DNA from: Candidatus Hydrogenedentota bacterium
Lineage (GTDB): Bacteria; Hydrogenedentota; Hydrogenedentia; Hydrogenedentales; SLHB01
Direction: 5' to 3'
Assembly: GCA_034408725.1 (NCBI GenBank)
Contig: JAWXCN010000039.1
Span: 1-15,188, forward strand
DNA length: 15,188 bases
Below are positions 13,285 to 15,188 of the stretch, piece after piece. The notes beneath the pieces are model-generated. The model had not been told where the DNA came from. It was given only the letters and a program-made list of their open reading frames with translations, and ran no database searches. Positions within the stretch are counted from its first letter, which is position 1; each line of letters starts with the position of its first letter. Made by a program: the position numbers and the translations under genes.

Positions 13285-15147
13285 TCACGGTTGCGGGACC
13301 ACCGGAATACTGAGTGGTTGTTCTTCGAGTCCGTTGTTGCCGGCGTCGGCATCCAATTCCGGGGCCGGCGCGGCAGGCGTGCCAGTAGGAGCCACGGCCG
13401 ATTCGGCGATGGGTTCGAGTGGCCCAGGGGTTTCGGCTTCGGGCGCATCAACGGATAAATCTAGCGCTTCCATTGCCGGGGCCATGCCCGGTTCGCCCTG
13501 GAGGCGCTCGCGCAATACATCAAGTTGCGAGCGGATGGCCTGTTTGTTCGAGGGGTCGATGCCCGGCACCTCGAGCGCATGCGTCCAACTTTCGATGGCC
13601 AATTGTTGCAAGCGGATTCGTTTGTCGAGGTCGCTATTCCGATCGGCCAATGACTGATACAGCGACCCAAGTTCCGCATAATCCACGTCGGGGCTATGGT
13701 TATCCTGCGCGCCCGCCGATTGCAGGTAGTACGAGCGCGCTGCTTCTGGATCGCCGATCTTCGCGGATGCCCGCGCAAGCGTGCGCAATGCCGGAACGGC
13801 CGATGCGGGGTCCAGCAAGCGAAGTTCGGGATTGCGCAGAAGCTCGATCGCCTGCTGATAATTCCCCGATTCGTAATTGAGCCGTCCCATCAACGTTTCG
13901 GCGCGCGCTATTTTTGGATGTGTGGGATTGTCACTTCGGAATTGATCAAACAGGCGAAGCGACTCTTGCGCGATTTCCTGCCGATCATCGCTGTCGGCGG
14001 ACTGTTGCATTTGCAGGGTAAACGCGGCGGCGAACTGCGCCTCCGGGCGCAGCGGGTCGGCCGGGTGCATCGCCGCGAATTCTTCGTATAGTCCGGATGC
14101 GCGCGCGTACTCGCCTTGCGCGGCAAACCTCGCGGCCTGATTGAACAACTGCGCGGGCGCGGACATGCGCTGTTGCAACCACATGTAACCGGCATACGCC
14201 CCGGCCGCCAGCATGCAAACGAAAAGCAGGGCGACGGCCAATCGGGCCAGGCTTTCCAGCGCGGGGTGTTTTTTGGGCGTGCGATGGCGCCGTTTGCTTT
14301 GGGTCTTGAAGTCCAGCGCCTCGTCCGGTATTTCGTCCGCGGCCGATTCGAGCGAAGTCATTGCCTGCATCCCGACGATCGGCTGGAGTCCGTGGTCTGA
14401 TTCCAGTTCATCCAACAGCTTTTCCGCCTCTTCAAGATGGGCCGCATGATCGGGCAATACGGGGGCGTGGCGAATGAGCGCCGGCGCTATTGCAGGCGCC
14501 GGTGTTTTGCCAAGGGGTTCGTCAACGATTTCGGCGACAAGTGGCTTGAGGCGCTGCGCTTCCTCCGCTGGTGGCGTATCTTGCTGCATCGGATGCGTGG
14601 GCGCGCATTCAGCAAGCAATTCCTCAATCGGGATTGCAACCGGCGTTTCTTCGCCGGGAGGCGCCGGGGGCAAAACACCCGTGCGTTCCAAACGCGCCAT
14701 TAACGCGGGATCTGTTGGGACTGTCGGGGCGTCTTTTGTGAGATCGGCGATGATGTCCCTCAAATGGGACATCGCCGCCCGGCTTGTCTCGATGGGATCG
14801 ATGTCCTTATTCGATGACACTTGGTTTCTTGTAACCTCTGGCGTCATGTCCGCGTCTACATCGGCGACGCCCTTCTCGAAAAAACTGACCGGTTTTGTAG
14901 CGTCGAGATCGGTGTCGGGCGCGCCCGCATCTCCGGTCGGCATGAGTGGTACGGGCCGCACAAGGCCGCTCATTTGAATGAATTCCGTGTCGGAGCCGCG
15001 TTGCTCTTCGGGCACGCCGCTTGACAAGCGCGGGTCGCCCGCGAACCCCTGGCTGAGCTGCTCCTGGATACGGTCAAACTCGTTCAGAATTTGCTGATTG
15101 TCCGGCATGGGCTCCTGCGGAGTAGGTGGTTCAGAATCGTTGCTCAT
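13285..15147 (-). CDS. Bitopic membrane protein with a long acidic/Pro-rich N-terminus and C-terminal tetratricopeptide repeats (620 aa)
   Basis: Low-complexity aa 1-280, basic patch KTQSKRRHRTPKK, TM LAVALLFVCMLAAGAYAGYMWL (aa ~303-324), then TPR-like helices (LFNQAARFAAQGEYARASGLYEEFAAMHP; AETLMGRLNYESGNYQQAIELL; ALRTLARASAKIGDPEAARSYY). Confidence 0.85.
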   Translation of the reverse strand: MSNDSEPPTPQEPMPDNQQILNEFDRIQEQLSQGFAGDPRLSSGVPEEQRGSDTEFIQMSGLVRPVPLMPTGDAGAPDTDLDATKPVSFFEKGVADVDADMTPEVTRNQVSSNKDIDPIETSRAAMSHLRDIIADLTKDAPTVPTDPALMARLERTGVLPPAPPGEETPVAIPIEELLAECAPTHPMQQDTPPAEEAQRLKPLVAEIVDEPLGKTPAPAIAPALIRHAPVLPDHAAHLEEAEKLLDELESDHGLQPIVGMQAMTSLESAADEIPDEALDFKTQSKRRHRTPKKHPALESLARLAVALLFVCMLAAGAYAGYMWLQQRMSAPAQLFNQAARFAAQGEYARASGLYEEFAAMHPADPLRPEAQFAAAFTLQMQQSADSDDRQEIAQESLRLFDQFRSDNPTHPKIARAETLMGRLNYESGNYQQAIELLRNPELRLLDPASAVPALRTLARASAKIGDPEAARSYYLQSAGAQDNHSPDVDYAELGSLYQSLADRNSDLDKRIRLQQLAIESWTHALEVPGIDPSNKQAIRSQLDVLRERLQGEPGMAPAMEALDLSVDAPEAETPGPLEPIAESAVAPTGTPAAPAPELDADAGNNGLEEQPLSIPVVPQP

Positions 15148-15188
15148 GAGTCACCCGATCGGGGTGCGTGCGCACGGCGCGCAACAAC

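Noticed and set aside
13269-13451. N-terminal extension of the secretin ORF in the track (similarly 11732-11776 for wzc, 6752-6808 for trpS, 6604-6633 for the prepilin)
   Set aside because: These overlap the upstream gene or a promoter candidate, or look non-coding; SD, signal peptide or family N-termini point to the downstream ATGs.
15144-15188. 3' end of an upstream minus-strand CDS
   Set aside because: Too short to fix the frame or product; the ATGA overlap is noted only as a hint.

Overview
GC-rich diderm bacterial chromosomal window, made up mostly of housekeeping and cell-envelope genes. The gene repertoire and repeat style suggest a PVC-like or Candidatus Hydrogenedentota-like lineage, but this is inference only. 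The left part holds a partial MshEN (c-di-GMP-binding)/GspE-N protein on the minus strand that the ORF track misses. It is transcribed divergently from an unannotated 59-aa ORF and rarA, and the two are driven by back-to-back perfect-consensus sigma70 promoters, one overlapped by an SOS-box-like palindrome. Next come a lipoprotein, a Zn-ribbon protein, rpsU, a secreted alpha/beta hydrolase, a prepilin-type/H-X9-DG-like protein and trpS. The right half (7898-15147, minus strand) is a tightly packed putative operon: a membrane-anchored TPR protein, a hybrid of a Wza/OPX polysaccharide-export (Poly_export) domain with a GspD-like secretin, a Wzc tyrosine autokinase/co-polymerase and a Wzy/O-antigen-ligase-family protein. 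The best candidate for an undescribed system is this Wzy-dependent polysaccharide pathway, which appears to use a secretin as its outer-membrane exit channel. Several intergenic spaces contain REP/REPIN-like palindromes of three types. No rRNA, tRNA, CRISPR array or transposase was recognised.
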